Under the pieces are notes generated by a model. That model worked only from the letters and a program-made list of their open reading frames with translations. It was not told the DNA's origin and made no database searches. The translations under genes and the position numbers were made by a program. DNA of 63,663 nt, filler included, from Phoronis australis (taxonomy: Eukaryota; Animalia; Phoronida): assembly GCA_002633005.1 (NCBI GenBank). It is 8 parts of 8 records of this genome, joined end to end, with 100 filler letters (N's around TTAATTAATTAA, not from the genome) between each part and the next. Parts side by side here need not be neighbours in the genome. Positions count along the whole stretch, not along the records: positions 1 to 26,408 come from NMRA01000950.1; positions 26,509 to 29,374 come from NMRA01003361.1; positions 29,475 to 45,958 come from NMRA01000773.1; 5 more parts are not named here. The stretch is one strand, 5' to 3'. Each line of letters opens with the position of its first letter. The first letter of the stretch is position 1. This document shows, piece after piece, positions 26,071 to 40,375 of this stretch.

Positions 26071-27606
26071 AACAAGAGCAACGCAGAGCGTTGAAATGCG
26101 CCCACAATTGCACCGCATACGGTATCCTTCTAGGGTTGTTTACTGTTATCATAAAGTGGCCAGTAGAGGGCATACACTGTATATGTAGTATGTTGTACTT
26201 TGCAAAATGGAAAGGCATGGTCATTGTCTCCTCAACAGGCTAGGGGCAAAATGTGAGTGATCTTCATAATACAAGCACATCCTATACATGTACATCAGTT
26301 GCTGAAAGCACAACAGAAACCTAGAATTAAAAACAAATTTACCAACATACGAGCTTAGTACAGCATTAGAATGCCAGAAACAAATTTCTACTTGGAACTT
26401 TTCCTTCANNNNNNNNNNNNNNNNNNNNNNNNNNNNNNNNNNNNNNNNNNNNTTAATTAATTAANNNNNNNNNNNNNNNNNNNNNNNNNNNNNNNNNNNN
26501 NNNNNNNNCGTTGTCAACTTCATATAATTACTCTTCCTAAATTTAATAAAGCACCTGCTGTGGATTTAGGAGATACAGCTATGGGCGCAAAAACGTATCA
26601 CAAGGAGGCGCCAAAATAGTCAGTTATCCGAAAATCACCGTCAGCCGTCATCTTCACAGTAAAAACATATATGCCAATTTTTAAGATCATCCATAGAGTG
26701 GTTCAGTTGACAGAGGGGTGAATGCCAAAAACAGCAAAATGGCCATTATGTGGCACAAAAGAAATTGCACCGTCAGCCGTCATATTCACAGTAAGAACAT
26801 ATATGCCAATTTTCAAAATCATCCTTAAAGTGGTTCAGTTGACAGAGGGATGAATGCCAAAAAACAGCAAAAGTGGACACTAGGTGGTGAAAAAGAAATT
26901 GAAATCTTTATCTCTCAAATAAATGCCTACCTGTGAAAATTTTATGAAAATCCGAAGAGGATGTTTTAAGATACAGAGGTAAACCTAAAAACCTAAAATT
27001 GCCACTGGGAGGTGCACCAGTAGTCCAATCCGTTGAAGTCATCATCATCCTTTGTCAACTTCATATAAATACTCTTACTAAATTTAATAGATATCCTGCA
27101 GAGCTTTTACGAGACATAGCCATAGGCGCAAAAATCAAACAAAAGTATCACTAGGAGGCGCCATAGTAGTCAAAGTCGTCCGAAAATCATCGTCAGCCGC
27201 CTTCTTTACAGTAAGAACATACACGAGAACTTTAAAAACCATCCTTAGAGTGGTTTGGTTGATAGAAGGGTGGATGCCAAAAAAACAGACACAAAAACAG
27301 TAAAAATGGCCACTACTAGTAGGTAGCTCAAAAATACATCAAATCCATTCAAAAACAGGATGATAGCGTCACGGTCATCACATAAATAGATGCCTATAAG
27401 CCAAGTTTCGAGAAAATCTGTTGGGGACCTTTGAAGATACAGAAAAAACTAAAATTGCCACTAGGTGGCACACCAGTAGTCAGGTCTGTCTGAAATTTGT
27501 CATCTTCCGTCAGCTTCACATAGCAACACATCTGCAAAATCTCCTCAAGATCCTGTGAGGGGTTTAGGAGATATACAGTTGTAGACGCCCGACATCCGGA
27601 CAGACA

Positions 27607-27610
<4 letters not shown>
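26071..27610 (+). mobile_element. Helentron/HINE-like copy, same family as 12478-14330, split by a linker gap
   Basis: AACAAGAGCAACGCAGAGCGTTGAAATGCGCCCAC head; shared modules (GGGGACCTTTGAAGATA, CCACTAGGAGGCGCC); ends in CGGACAGACAG. Confidence 0.6.
26409..26508. other. Artificial 100-bp gap linker (44 N + TTAATTAATTAA + 44 N); also at 29375, 45959, 47924, 56594, 59257 and 62440
   Basis: Identical structure seven times; the 12-mer has stops in all six frames. Confidence 0.97.

Positions 27611-27671
<61 letters not shown>
27609..27671. repeat. (AT)n microsatellite
   Basis: About 31 units. Confidence 0.98.
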
Positions 27672-27676
<5 letters not shown>

Positions 27677-29254
27677 CACATAATAAGTGAGTGCAATCAC
27701 CAGTCAGCAAAACTTGGAAAAGAAATGTGCGACACTTCCATGGCATTGTGACTGCAATAACACAATGTTGAGAGAATCAAAAATAGTTCAATAGTCCTGA
27801 ACAGCCAAGGCAAAGCCTGGCTATGGCACTAATACAACATATTTTCAATCTACGAAGTGATAACATGATTTCATTGAAAATAAATTTTTCACAGTGTAAT
27901 GCAAACAGCAAATTCAAGTCAATTAAAGGTAAAATACATCATTCAGGTTGTAAAAATAACACAAAAGCAGCTCATGAACTCTACACATAATAACACAACA
28001 CTCATTCAAGGGAATATATTGACACAACATCTACATTTGAGAGAAATTGAAAGACAATTACAAGTAGAAAGCACCAGATGCATTTCTTTGTGCCTCCCAG
28101 TAATCCTTCCTAACTATAAGCAAAAACCAAATTGGCAAAAGAGAAGTTTACAAAATGATGACACATACCGATAGTTCATACAAACGCTTGCATTCTAAAA
28201 CAAGAGCAACACGAGGATTTCTGAGATACAGCACCCGACACGAGACATCCTATAGTGCATCCACATTTAATATGGGGCAAAAAGAAGAAAACCCAGTAAC
28301 AGCATAACATAAAAATGCACAAAGGGAAAATTGTAGCTATGCTCCTTTACATTATGGTGCTTTAAGATTGGTAAAAATGACTACTCACCAATATTTGAGA
28401 GCAACTTATGAATTCTAAGGCAAAAATGCTTCAGTTCGGGACGAAATATGTCACACAGGTGAAATTTCGTTTTTGTCAAATTTCTCAACAAAACTAATTT
28501 TTCAGGAAAATTCATTTGCTTTTATCATGGTTTGTATGGTGTAGTTATTACCAAACATTTGGTAAAATATTGAGCATTTGCAACAATGTGGTAAGCCTCC
28601 GAGAAATAGAAATAAGTCAACTTTAGCCACTAGTTTTGTCCAAATTGAAGAATTTTGACCGTAACACCTGGCAATTCCTTTGTGTGCCCTGACTCGGTGT
28701 ATATCGACGGTTCTTTCAAATGCAAGCTTGTTAAGCTTATTAATGCAACCATTATGCACCAGCTAAGTTTTGAAAAGCATAAAGCAAATGACTGAGATCA
28801 GTATGGCCTATTTAATGTCAGCTATATGCAGGTATTTCAAAACCCTTTTTTTCAATAACTGCAGGCGGTCTGGCACAGGTTGTACCTGACGTGCGCAAAC
28901 CGCCCATGTGAGCCCACAAGCACTTATCACTTGGAACCATTTTTATGCTTCATTAACATATAGTTAAAACTGAGCTGAGGAGCTAGAAACCTGACTCAAG
29001 GGTTAAGTAATGTGGCACAGTGAGACAAATGCATAAAAACCCATTTACTTAAACATAATTACTTCCTGTACAGAACAAAATATTCTATAAGATTGTAATA
29101 CTTCAGTATACATGTAACTACGACAACCTCCCCTTTTAGTTTTCTTTTAAAAACAACCCGTCTAAGGTTTTGCAAAAATGTAGAGACAATACTGCCTCAG
29201 CTCCAGGGTTTGTATTAAATAGTCTCAAGCATGACCTTTCCTTGACCTGAAGCC

Positions 29255-29374
29255 ATGGGTGGATCCAGGATTTTGAGTTAGGGGGCCAGCGCAGAGTATT
29301 AGCCAGGATTTTGCCCATCAGACATTCACACCCCCGAACTGCCAAATGTAATCTGAGAATTTTAGGGGGGGGGG
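29255..29374 (+). mobile_element. Short GGATCCAGGATTTTGAGTTAG-type interspersed repeat; related copy at ~43531-43730
   Basis: Shared GATCCAGGATTTTGAGTTAG and CCCGAAC.GCCAAATG blocks. Confidence 0.5.
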
Positions 29375-30101
29375 NNNNNNNNNNNNNNNNNNNNNNNNNN
29401 NNNNNNNNNNNNNNNNNNTTAATTAATTAANNNNNNNNNNNNNNNNNNNNNNNNNNNNNNNNNNNNNNNNNNNNTCTCGCTTTTTTCACAAGAAACTTGC
29501 TCTGCAAGGTGCAGGGTCAGCCAAACTCGCAAGATACTAGCCTCATTAAACGTTCACCTGTTTTGGTTTCATAGTTTGTGTTGTGCTGTGGAGTGAGACT
29601 GACAAGTCTTCCACTTTCTCTGTGCATGAGACTTTAGACAATGCAATGTATTACATATGGTCATTTTAGTTGAAGACTGTGGTGGTTATATAACAAAGTG
29701 TTATAAAAAATGTGATCGCATTTTTATTAATGCCATTTCCCATTAAAGACAATTATGTTTAACAACCAGTTCATAACATGATATTTAAGTTCCACCATAC
29801 CTCACTATCAGGAATATAAGCAATTGTCTACCTTTGTTAACAAGGTTCAAAGTTGCTAAATAGCTTTTTAAATTTTTGTCATAGATACATAAAACTATAT
29901 TTTTGTAATACTTGATGAACACGGCATCTCATTATGTGCACAAAAATAATGCCTAGCCGTTTGGCATGTTTCTTCTAACCAGTCTTGATTTTTCAGAGAT
30001 TGACATAATTTAAACAAATGTGACTTTCTTTCATGATTCTATTAACTACAAAAGCTTGACTTGTATGGAATTTTCTTTTAAGGCATTTAAGCCCTAACCT
30101 A

Positions 30102-31198
30102 CACATAGTGTACCTAATTATCGGACCGAACCTAAATATCGGACATTTCAAAAAATCTTACTTGAAGCATAATCTGAGAATTAAATGACACCAATTGTTG
30201 TTCCGTTGTAATGCATTCAATGTCCGGCACCGTCTCGTTTTTTACAGCGTTGCCTCGTTTTGATTTCACCGAGAGAGGGTGCAATTTAGACCCCCAAGTC
30301 GGCCTAAAATGGACGATCGCATAAATCGGTTATAAAAGTTGAAAATAAAATCTTTTTCCACAATGAAATTTTCTCAATGAACTGAGAATATGTTACTGTT
30401 CCATTTTTTCATTTGTTTTTAAACTCAAGTCAAACCCCGACCGCGCACGTGCGGGTGTCATATCAAGAAGCCAAAGTGATAATAAAAACTGCAGTGAGTT
30501 TGCACGTGCTTTAGTCGTCTGCACTAATTCATCGAAATGACTTGGCGCCGTCATCAGATTTCATTTCATGGATAATTTTGTTGCGAATGGACCTGTGTTC
30601 TAGCAGCATATATGTCAAAACACTCGAGCTGAAATTTGGCTACAAGGTGCCCGCGGCCATTACGTGGTTAGTCAGTTTTCCGCGGTGTGGCGTATGGGGA
30701 AACATGGTGTCNNNNNNNNNNNNNNNNNNNNNNNNNNNNNNNNNNNNNNNNNNNNNNNNNNNNNNNNNNNNNNNNNNNNNNNNNNNNNNNNNNNNNNNNN
30801 NNNNNNNNNNNNNNNNNNNNNNNNNNNNNNNNNNNNNNNNNNNNNNNNNNNNNNNNNNNNNNNNNNNNNNNNNNNNNNNNNNNNNNNNNNNCAAAACACT
30901 CGAGCTGAAATTTGGCTACAAGGTGCCCGCGGCCATTACGTGGTTAGTCAGTTTTCCGCGGTGTGGCGTATGGGGAAACATGGTGTCCGATATTTAGGTT
31001 CTCCGAAGGTTTGCTTGTTGTGTTTTTTAAAGTTCAGTCGGAACATAAATGTGGCTTTCGGTGACAAGATATAGTAACACAACAATTCTATAAAGGTAAT
31101 TCTTTATTTCAGCAAAGAATTTACAACAATCCGTAGTATTTTCAATTAAATATAATACAAAATGTGCCAAAACGTCCGATAATTAGGTCACTTGACTG
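30102..31198. mobile_element. Tc1/pogo-like MITE with TA flanks
   Basis: Inverted ACCTAATTATCGGAC at both ends, subterminal AACCTAAATATCGGACA inverted at about 30984-31000, TA on both sides. Confidence 0.7.
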
Positions 31199-34100
31199 TA
31201 ATGTCAAAAGACATTCAACATTCCTTGCAAAAATAGAATGTCTTCGTTTTTGATTCCTGAGCTTTTGGACTAAAAGGACTTAAAAAAGAAAATCCCAGAT
31301 ACTTCTTGTACCCTGTTAAATAAAGAAACAGAAATTGCAAATATGTGAAGCAATTGCATGTGTCGAAATATAGGGATCTGCGTGAAAAATCAAAATTTTT
31401 GAGACAAAACAATAGTCTGGACATTACTTTTGTTCATGTGATGATTATGTGATCATCAAAGGATTTAAAAATACCCATTGAATCACCTTGTTTTTGTTCG
31501 CTTGCTTATAATGTTTCATTCTGCAAGTCCCGTTTTTCTCTAACACAAAATACCTTTTCTATTCTTCCCTTTAATAACAAGCATGGATACAATGTTCACA
31601 AGTTTATAACACAACAATTTCAATGTCCCAGTTGGTAACTTCACCATCTTTACAATGCGAGTCTAATATGGATCGTGCGCGCTCTCCTCGATTTCACAGC
31701 ATGATTTGCTACACGCAGATGAGCACGTGGTTGGATAGTCTTACATAGCCAAAATGTCAAGTAAACAGTTCTGTGGTTTTAATTTTGGATTTGGCAAATC
31801 TCGGTCACAACGAATGTCTTCGATAAGACCTGGAAGGTTTATTGTTACACAGATCGTCTATGTATAGCTTAATCTTCGTCTGATAATTTTTGGTGTGTTC
31901 TAGACTCGAGAATCTCAGATCAGAAGGGTGGGTGATAAGACCAGCATTGGCTCATCAAAAGAAACTTTTAGAAGCGTTGCTGGTGGGCAGTTATGTTGCA
32001 TCCTAACTGCCATGAAAAGAATCCTACATTGCCACTCCCACCAGCTGAGATTGGGTAACTCCGCCAGTTTGCATACCTCAAAATCTGCTGGCATTTATCA
32101 AAGACACCAGGCTGTTGTTGTTACTTACATCGCTATGGCTGCTGAAGTTATTGTTCTATAGATTATCAGATCCATCATCAACACATTGGGGGCGCTACAA
32201 TAGTATTTTTTAAGTTTTTGTTTTGAAAGTGTTCAAATAGCATACTTGAATAGCTTGTGAAAAGTACATGATTAGGTTTTTGAAGTTTGAAAAACAGATA
32301 AGAAATGCGACTTTTACAACCCAAAATGTTTGTAAAATGTTGCTATATTATGCTCCTGATTAATTCTGCTGGGTGTGCAACATGAGCCAATCATCAAACT
32401 ACCAGGCAGCAGTTGGATTTTGAGNACTTATTAAACCAGCAAGAGAATAAATTCAATGATTCAAAAGATTTCTACCCTATCACAACATGCATGTAGATTA
32501 CGGGTCCCTTACAGTTGTGAAGAATTTGGTCACTCATTCATCCAAAGATATACATCTTCATATATTATTTTGGTTTTTCGTGCCGTTTGATACAGTTCTT
32601 CAGTAAAAAGTCAGGATGCCATGACATTTACAAAACTGAAATGAAGTCCAAGTCCACATCCGAAATTTGCTGACAAAACTCTCCCGGTACATGTAGACGA
32701 AAATAAGGAAACAATATTCATGAAAAATAGACAAATGGACAGTACACCCGTTCTACAGTTGCCAACATTCAAGAACGTAAAACACGGAATGAAGAACATC
32801 TGGGTTTGTGCGCAACGTACAAGAAACGTCTCGTGTGGTACGTTAAAGATGTTACACACAAATGCGCCACACTGCGTTTTTTGTTTTTTGTTAAGAAGAA
32901 TATGCAATTGCGGGTGCCTCAAAATTGCAGGTGCTACAAAAACCTATGCAATGCTACATGTATATCATTTCAGTAGAACTGGAAAATAGTGCTATGTCGC
33001 GTGTGAAATTACAGTAGTACTTGATTATAATTTTTGTCAGTGTCGCCGTGCGTCAAAAAGCCAGGAATTTTGATGGTGTGACATTTCTCAGCAGCACGTG
33101 ACCGTATACCTACAGTTCAGATTCCCCTTTTATAAAACGTGACTTAAAATATAGGACAGGCCATGACGTTGTTCATTCAGTTCATTTCACCTGTTTTATA
33201 AAGAGTCTTAAAACTTAAGACAGCTCTTTGGTATTACTTTCCCATTAAACATTTGCCGAATAAAGGGTTAACCAAGTGATTATGAACGCAAAATAGTATA
33301 GAAATAATTGACATAAGTTATCCGAGTAAGTAGCAGTTTTCTGTTTATTCTAAGAGTACTGCTCATTTGCTCAAAGGGGGGTTATTTTTCGAAAAATAGT
33401 TGTGTTGACCATGTTAAAGTCGAAGAATTGGATAACAGCGGCGAAGGTGTCAGGTATCCTTCATAGACGGATGGGGGGGGGGGGCAGGGCTCGCTCGCCT
33501 TGGCTGCCGCAAGCAAAATTAAACAGCAACACCGTGAAGCATGAGGAAATATTGAGTTCGGATGGGGGGGGGCTCAGACGCGGACAAGCGGTTCCCTTTT
33601 TTTCGTAGTCCACGGATAGACTTTCTGAACAGAAGGTCCACATCCCTCGGACCCCGCAACTCGGGGCCGCCCTCTGTACATATAATCGATCTTTGCCCAA
33701 TTCTCCGATGATGTTGGGCCACCTCCTTATGGTATCCTAGAACCGCCATTGTCCTTACATAGCGGGTTTACACTGCCATATCCTTAGTGCTGCGGTGCTA
33801 AATTTGGACTGAGTCCAAGTTACCGGTTGTATAAAAAATCCCTAACAGGGACTAAACTGAGTTCCTGAATTCTTTTACGTATTTGTTCATAACTCACATG
33901 AGAAATATTTTTCTATCATCTTTATTATGAGCTATTCTTTGGCGAACAATTTCTAATAATATAACCGAAAACTCACCCCTTGATTCAATCAAACTAAGTA
34001 GGGACTTAGTTCTTTTACATGAATTACAGAAAAAGATCCTAACGTTTTTACAATAATACTGAGAATCTGACTATTGTTCACACTCTTTTTGTATCGAAAC

Positions 34101-35197
34101 TAAAATTGGGTTAGTGTCTGATGCTCAAACAGCTCTTAAAAGAAAGTACTCAGTGTTTTCACAAACCCACACATTTGCAGTAGACTTAGGGATCTTTTAG
34201 GGCTACTTCGTGCAACCGTGCACTGGGTATCAAAGCCGACGACGCTCACTTGCATGTACAACAGAATGTGAATTGATGAATAATCTTAAAATACGATGCA
34301 ACAACGTACTTGTTTTTTTTTTGTTGACGCGTTAAAATGCAAAATCTCTTTACCTTTGTTATTTGTTATTGTCAAATTTTCGGTCTCCGAACACATTCTC
34401 AATAGTGTACGGATGCTGATAATAAAAATCATCTGCAAATTACAATATGAATAAGCACAAACTATTTCGTTAATATCTATGTACATTTACTTTACAGCCT
34501 AACGTCATTTGTGTGAAAGAAAATGGATAACTCGGTGTAACATATATCCGACAATAAAATATTCCTCGAATCACGTTTATCAAATCCACACTAAATACTA
34601 CAGCCACAGAATGTGCGCATATGTATTAGTTTTGATATGTACAAAATGAACTAGTTTCTAAAATATTTTGGAATTAGAACACATTTGACACTCAGTTTGG
34701 TTCATGGCTGTATTCTCCTGAAAATCAACTCAACTCACGACTTCAAGCTTATCACAGGGTAGAAGATACAAGTAGACCACAAGGCCCACAGTGTCAACAT
34801 ACACTGTACTATGTAGCTATGTGAACCCACTTTGCCATCTGTCTCCACTTTTCCTATCTTAAACAGTACACACCATGGATTTTTGCACATTTTGAATAAC
34901 CGGTGGCCACAGACTAAATATATGACGTACAATTTAGCTAAAACCATGTTTATGTCGTGTAATTAGCTCGAAATTTTGATTTTTCTTTCAATTTTGCCAA
35001 TTTTCACATTTGCCGCCATGTGACGTTATGGGTTGAACACAAGAGATCAGTGACTAGCATTCGACAATGGCGGAGAGCAGGAAATTTGAAAGCAACGACG
35101 ATTATGAGCAAGAATTGAACGAATACTATGAAGAAACGCACGGGAATAGTGGCCAGGATGAGGAAATGGGGTTACACGAAAGCGAGAACAAGTTTAA

Positions 35198-37151
35198 GGT
35201 AGGTGTATACACTGATCAAATCTCCAGGTTCCTAACTAAAATGAGTAAAAAGGGAGTTTTAACTAGTTAGACATGACTCTGAAAGTGACAAAAATCAAAA
35301 AAAGAATTTTTTTTGTAGTTCGTTTTTTTTAAAAATCGTATTTTTTAATTTTCAACAAATCCAATTTTACCTCGAATTTTTTTTCAAAATGCACAGGGGT
35401 CATCATCAACTATTTCCTTACGCAATATTCTACTTATCCATACCAAATATATGTACAAAATCATTATGATCTTGATTTTGTGGCATTTTTTGCGTGTGAG
35501 TTGGGGCAAGCACGCCACTTTTTGTCATTTGGTCACTTTCCGTCTAATAACTAAAAATCTGGTCCATTTATCAAAAAACCCTGGCACGCGATTTTACTTC
35601 AGTCCAAGAGGATTTCAAATTTGCAACTTTCGTTAAAATTGACCCACGTGTTGTGGAAAAATAGGCCCGAGAATCGTGTCACTATCCTGAAATCACGAGC
35701 CGAGAAAAACGGCTTTGAAGTTAAGCGGTCATCGATTGCCACTTGAGATCAAATTTCGTTCAGAATGCGTGGTCATTATGTTCCAATTTTTGTTGAAGTA
35801 CTAGAAATAAAGCTGATATTTACTTCATATTTAGAAAATGTGACATACCTGTTTGTTTACAGGGTAATTTTAATCATTTTTTCGAACTTGTGATGCACGA
35901 CAGACAACCAAAACAAATATGGCTGTCACGTGGGCGGAGCTCAGCGTTGATCTATTGTTTGCTGTACTGGTGTGCCGACCAACATGTGTTGATTGTTTAT
36001 ACGATTCATCTGAACTCTCCACTCAGTTTGTAAAAGACTCTCTAACTATATTACACAGACCTATTTGTTAGTATTCCAATATTATCATGAACCAATATAT
36101 GTGTTATATCAAATCGCCGCGTTACTGCCTACATAACAATATTGGCGACGAGGATTAAGAACTACTTTCATAGTAATGGTTCAACATTTTTACGTGCCTG
36201 TACCGAATGGACTTTGGGATAAGAAAATATCACTTTCTGCGCAAATAGCGCCGCTTGGGTAAGATTCTCAAGTTACTTAAGTTTCTTATATTGCTTTCCT
36301 CTAAAATCGTATAATATCATGAGTTTTAATTCAGGGTTACGTTTGAATCTATGCACTAGAAAATTTTTTGTTATGTTGAACACTGGGTCATTTCTCCAAT
36401 TCTTTGGGTTACGGCCAGTGGCAAGTTAAAAATCCTCTGGGTTTGACAGCCTAGTTTCTCCACGGCACGTTCCCAGCACAGAAGCACGGTTTATCTGCGA
36501 ATACTCTAGTCTGACGGCATGTAGTTGTCCATGTGTCGCGCGCGCGGCTTGTCTTCACAGCGCGTGCATGCACTCTCACCGAATCGTGCAACACCACCCA
36601 CGTCGACACTCAGCGTTCTCTCGCAAGACAACTGACCTCATATTACCGACTTCTCTTATACATGCACAATTTCTGCACGGACTCCTCAAGCTGAGTGCAG
36701 TGATGGCTTCGGTAGGGCTTGGCGTACTCAACTTAATTCTTTTGCAGATAGACAAACAGGCTCAGGCTCGGAACAGGAGCTAGTTCACCATTTCACTACT
36801 AACTTTCACATGGTCAAAAATAGAATTGTTTTATTCTTGGTCTTGCTACAACACCAATATCAGCTGGTACATCACTCTCGATTGCCTGGTTACGTAATGC
36901 TTGTTGACAGGGTTAGATTAGAGCTAGTGTCCTTGTACATAAGCTCCGCCCCAGTTGTCAATCACTGAGCTGGTGAGCACTCAAGCCGCATGACTTACTG
37001 AGGCTTGGTCAAATATAGCTAAAAAAACAACTCTGGATTTTCAGAATGATTTTATTTTTCTTCAGTATACTGTGCATCAATAATTAAAGATTAGGATGAT
37101 ATAAAAATGTAAAAAACAGTCAAAATTAATTTTTTTGTGTATCCACCTACC
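35198..37151. mobile_element. Kolobok-type element
   Basis: TTAA at 35194-35197 and 37152-37155; TIRs GGTAGGTGTATACAC / GTGTATCCACCTACC. Confidence 0.8.
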
Positions 37152-37267
37152 TTAATGTGCTTCCGGCTGCGTACTTTTCTACTTTGAGCCTTACGAATTT
37201 GATCTTCTTGCGAGAGAAGCGGCCTAGGGCTCAGCGAGTCAACTCAGTCATCAGAGACGATCCTGAA

Positions 37268-37547
37268 TTAAGAGCTGATGTTTCTGAACGATAAACATTG
37301 TCCTTTATTGAACCAGGCCTTTATCGTAACGTACCCTGTGACTGGAGTAGAAACACGAGTCCTCAAAGTGGGCAGTACACAGAGCGGCCCCGGACCGAAT
37401 CGCTTGGTCCACAATGACGTCCCACACTCTCGTTCAGCGCACGAAGCGATGCCACTTCTGCGCAACTTTGGTGTCCTTCGGAACACCGAGACGATCTCGG
37501 CCTGGCTGCTGTTGCTACAGCCTCCGGAAACGCATCTTTTGATCCAT
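37268..37547 (-). pseudogene. Decayed THAP zinc-finger (transposase N-terminus)
   Basis: KRCVSGGCSN...(fs)PKDTKVAQKWHRFVR*TRVW...LCTAHFEDSCF, matching the C2CH THAP consensus with one frameshift and one stop. Confidence 0.8.
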
Positions 37548-38539
37548 CTACGAACCTTCTCGACGCTAAATGTACTTTGCTTTCTCTTCACTCTATACAC
37601 GTTGTTTCTGATCCGAACAGTATGGCGAACGACTTGGTTTCAACCCATGACGTTGTACATAACTATTATTTTTCCAATTTTTGCGTGTTTCTTTATGAGC
37701 TGTGCACTAAAGGCACTGAAATCAAGTAAGATACAATAATAAAATTTATTTTGAGGTACTAGAGTCATGTTGTGTACACGTTAAGAAGCGGGACGTGGAA
37801 AAAAATAAAAAGGGCGTGCTGCGTCAATGTCAACGTACACGATAACCTAAAACGTTTTCTAGAGTCGCCGGAGGTTTTAATATCCTTATTGGTAATGGGA
37901 AAACAGTCTTACACGTTAACAGTGGCCAGCTGTAATGAAGGTATTCAAGGATAAGCAAAATGCGATAGACTAAAAATTAGAAAGTCACTACAATGAGATA
38001 ATGAAAATTTTCCCACTTTTTCCTTTTCTTCATCACTCAGGTAACGGAATCCGCCAAAATCCTCATTTGCTGACATCTTGTATCAAAGAAGCTATCGTTC
38101 CGTGCCTGGTTTAGCGACGCGGTTGTTTTTTCCGAGTTTCGATTTGTCGTTGTAAAAACGCATCTGCATTCATTCTCAATGAATCGCGACAAATGCTGAA
38201 GCCAGTGTTCAGCTCACCACAGAGAATGTCCGAAGTCATGAAACAATGTCAAAAGACCTTTAAAATAAAGAATAATATGTCTAACATGAGTGCTGTGTTT
38301 TATGACCGGCTACAGTTTACATGGTAGGTGTCACAATGCACCATGTAACCTAGGGTTCCATAAAATTGCGTGAAGCTGAAAAAACGACAAAGTAGAAACA
38401 GGCTCTCTTTTGTTACAATAACTTGTCCAATCGAAACGAATAATTGCGTTTAGGAAACTCACCGAGACATATTTAAAGAGAAAGTCAACGTTTTTTATCA
38501 ACAAAAAATGAATTTTAATTACCACCATATTTACTGAGT

Positions 38540-40375
38540 GAAGCCAAATCTCAAATCATTTACGAGACCTCGTAGGCGTGTTTCTTGAAAAAAAAGTTTC
38601 AAGAGATATTTTAGTGAATTCGTGATTAATAATTTGTAATACACAAAAAACGGCGATGGCATAATTTTTTTTAAACCTTTGCCTTATCTGAAATTGGCTG
38701 TGTGGCACTGCTTTTCAAGAAGCGCAGTGGAATTTTTTTGGAATCATTTACGAGACGTGCATAAATTCAACAATAGTGCGTTGATTAAAATGAAGATGTG
38801 GAAACTAAAATAACTCTTACAAAGTTATGGTGATGTGCGAAATCATTGCACAGTTTTGAAAGTTTTTGGCGAACATTTATGAAAAAAAATGGCATTTGAA
38901 ATCGGTTGCTTATCATTTACGAGCCTTCATTTACGGGACGACAATTTTATAATTAGGTCAAGTCCAATTAATTTCACCTACTATTAGCATGTGTGACATG
39001 AATATAGGTCAATTTTTCAAGAACGAGCACGTGCGCTTTAGCTGACATCGATACTGTCTGAAAATAGTCGCCAAAGAAGTCAACAGAACTTTTGGGTAAG
39101 TTTTCAGTAATGTCACTTTTATAATTCACGTTTTAGGGTCGTTATTAACGTACTAGAAGAAGTGACGAAATGCTTCCTGTGAAACATATTTTGATTAGAA
39201 TTTGCTTGACGTTAGTCTTGATAAGTTCTCGTAAAAAATTGTCTCGTAAATGATATCCAGTGTCCCGTAAGTGATTTGTTCTATTTTCACTCAAATTCAT
39301 TTCATTTTTAAGTAGTAATTAAATTGTTATCTGTGATGATACATAACTTAATGCAGCTGACCTTGAAAAAATAATAATGAATCTTTTATTTTATTTAATA
39401 CCTATTAATTAGAGTTTGTCACTTTAGCTTGCGTTGCGGAATGCCAAAATCCAAGTCTCAACGGATGAAGGAATAGTCTAGAGAGCCCGTAAAAAGGCAC
39501 AACTCGGTGACGAATGGCTTAGAAGAGAAAGTGAACGAGTTACGGGCATTTCGTACCAGTGTCAGAACTGACAGAAGTACAAAAAGTCGGAAGACAAGAA
39601 ACCAACAGAGTGTTAGCTGAGACCAAAGAAGTCAATATATAAGTGAAGCAAGGCAATTTTGTTTGTAACTATGAAGGTCGCCGATATCTCAGACAAGTCG
39701 TGGACACAGATGATGTCGACTTGCCTGTGGAGGTCAACTTCTTGCAGCCGTCCAGTAAAATGAGTGGATTGTTTATGTGGCCGGCCGAAGGAAACAAGAT
39801 TTGGCTACGGAAAGATGGCATCCTGAATCTCGTCCTGGACCTCGCACCTACTGGGAAAGCTGCAAAGCGTTCAAGGCGTCAGATGAATTGTTGGATTATC
39901 TTGATTTTTCCTAATGACGTTTAGAGCCCAGTTAAAATTGCCGTTAAAAGGTTTTTAACCTTAACAGTCTTTAGCCCAATTGTCAACGCTTAAGTTGTCA
40001 TTTACGGGACGTGACATGTGACGTGTTAGATGTCAGGCACAATTGTATAGCAAATGTTGTAAAAATGTTGAATGCAAACTTTTGGATTTACCTGTACATG
40101 TACATGTACATGTACATGTGAGTTGTGTTACAAATGTCTCCACGTGCCTTCTTGCATCACAGACGGTTGAATTGTAATCTGTTGTCATTTTTATTACGTA
40201 ATCAGTTACATCAACTCATACAAGTGACAACAAATAGCCTTCAATTCGTATACTATCCGTCATTACTTCATAGCAGTTTTTGCTGAAGTGTAGGTGGTCA
40301 GAAATTATTTCCACCGACACAATATCACTTGCCCCTCACTTACGGGACATGTTGTGTCATTTACGAGCCGTCTTT
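38540..40375. mobile_element. Unclassified DNA transposon relic with dispersed TCATTTACG(A/G)GAC motifs
   Basis: About 10 motif copies in both orientations; ORF 39643-39924 (GNFV..Y...EVNFL...F.WP....W....IL) resembles C-terminal domains of transposon-derived proteins. Confidence 0.45.

Noticed and set aside
30616-30987. 96-bp direct repeat around an N gap, and ORFs spanning Ns
   Set aside because: Identical sequence on both gap edges indicates overlapping contig ends; the ORFs are open only because of Ns
33800-34222. Possible Harbinger-like MITE
   Set aside because: Termini too degenerate to fix boundaries or a TSD
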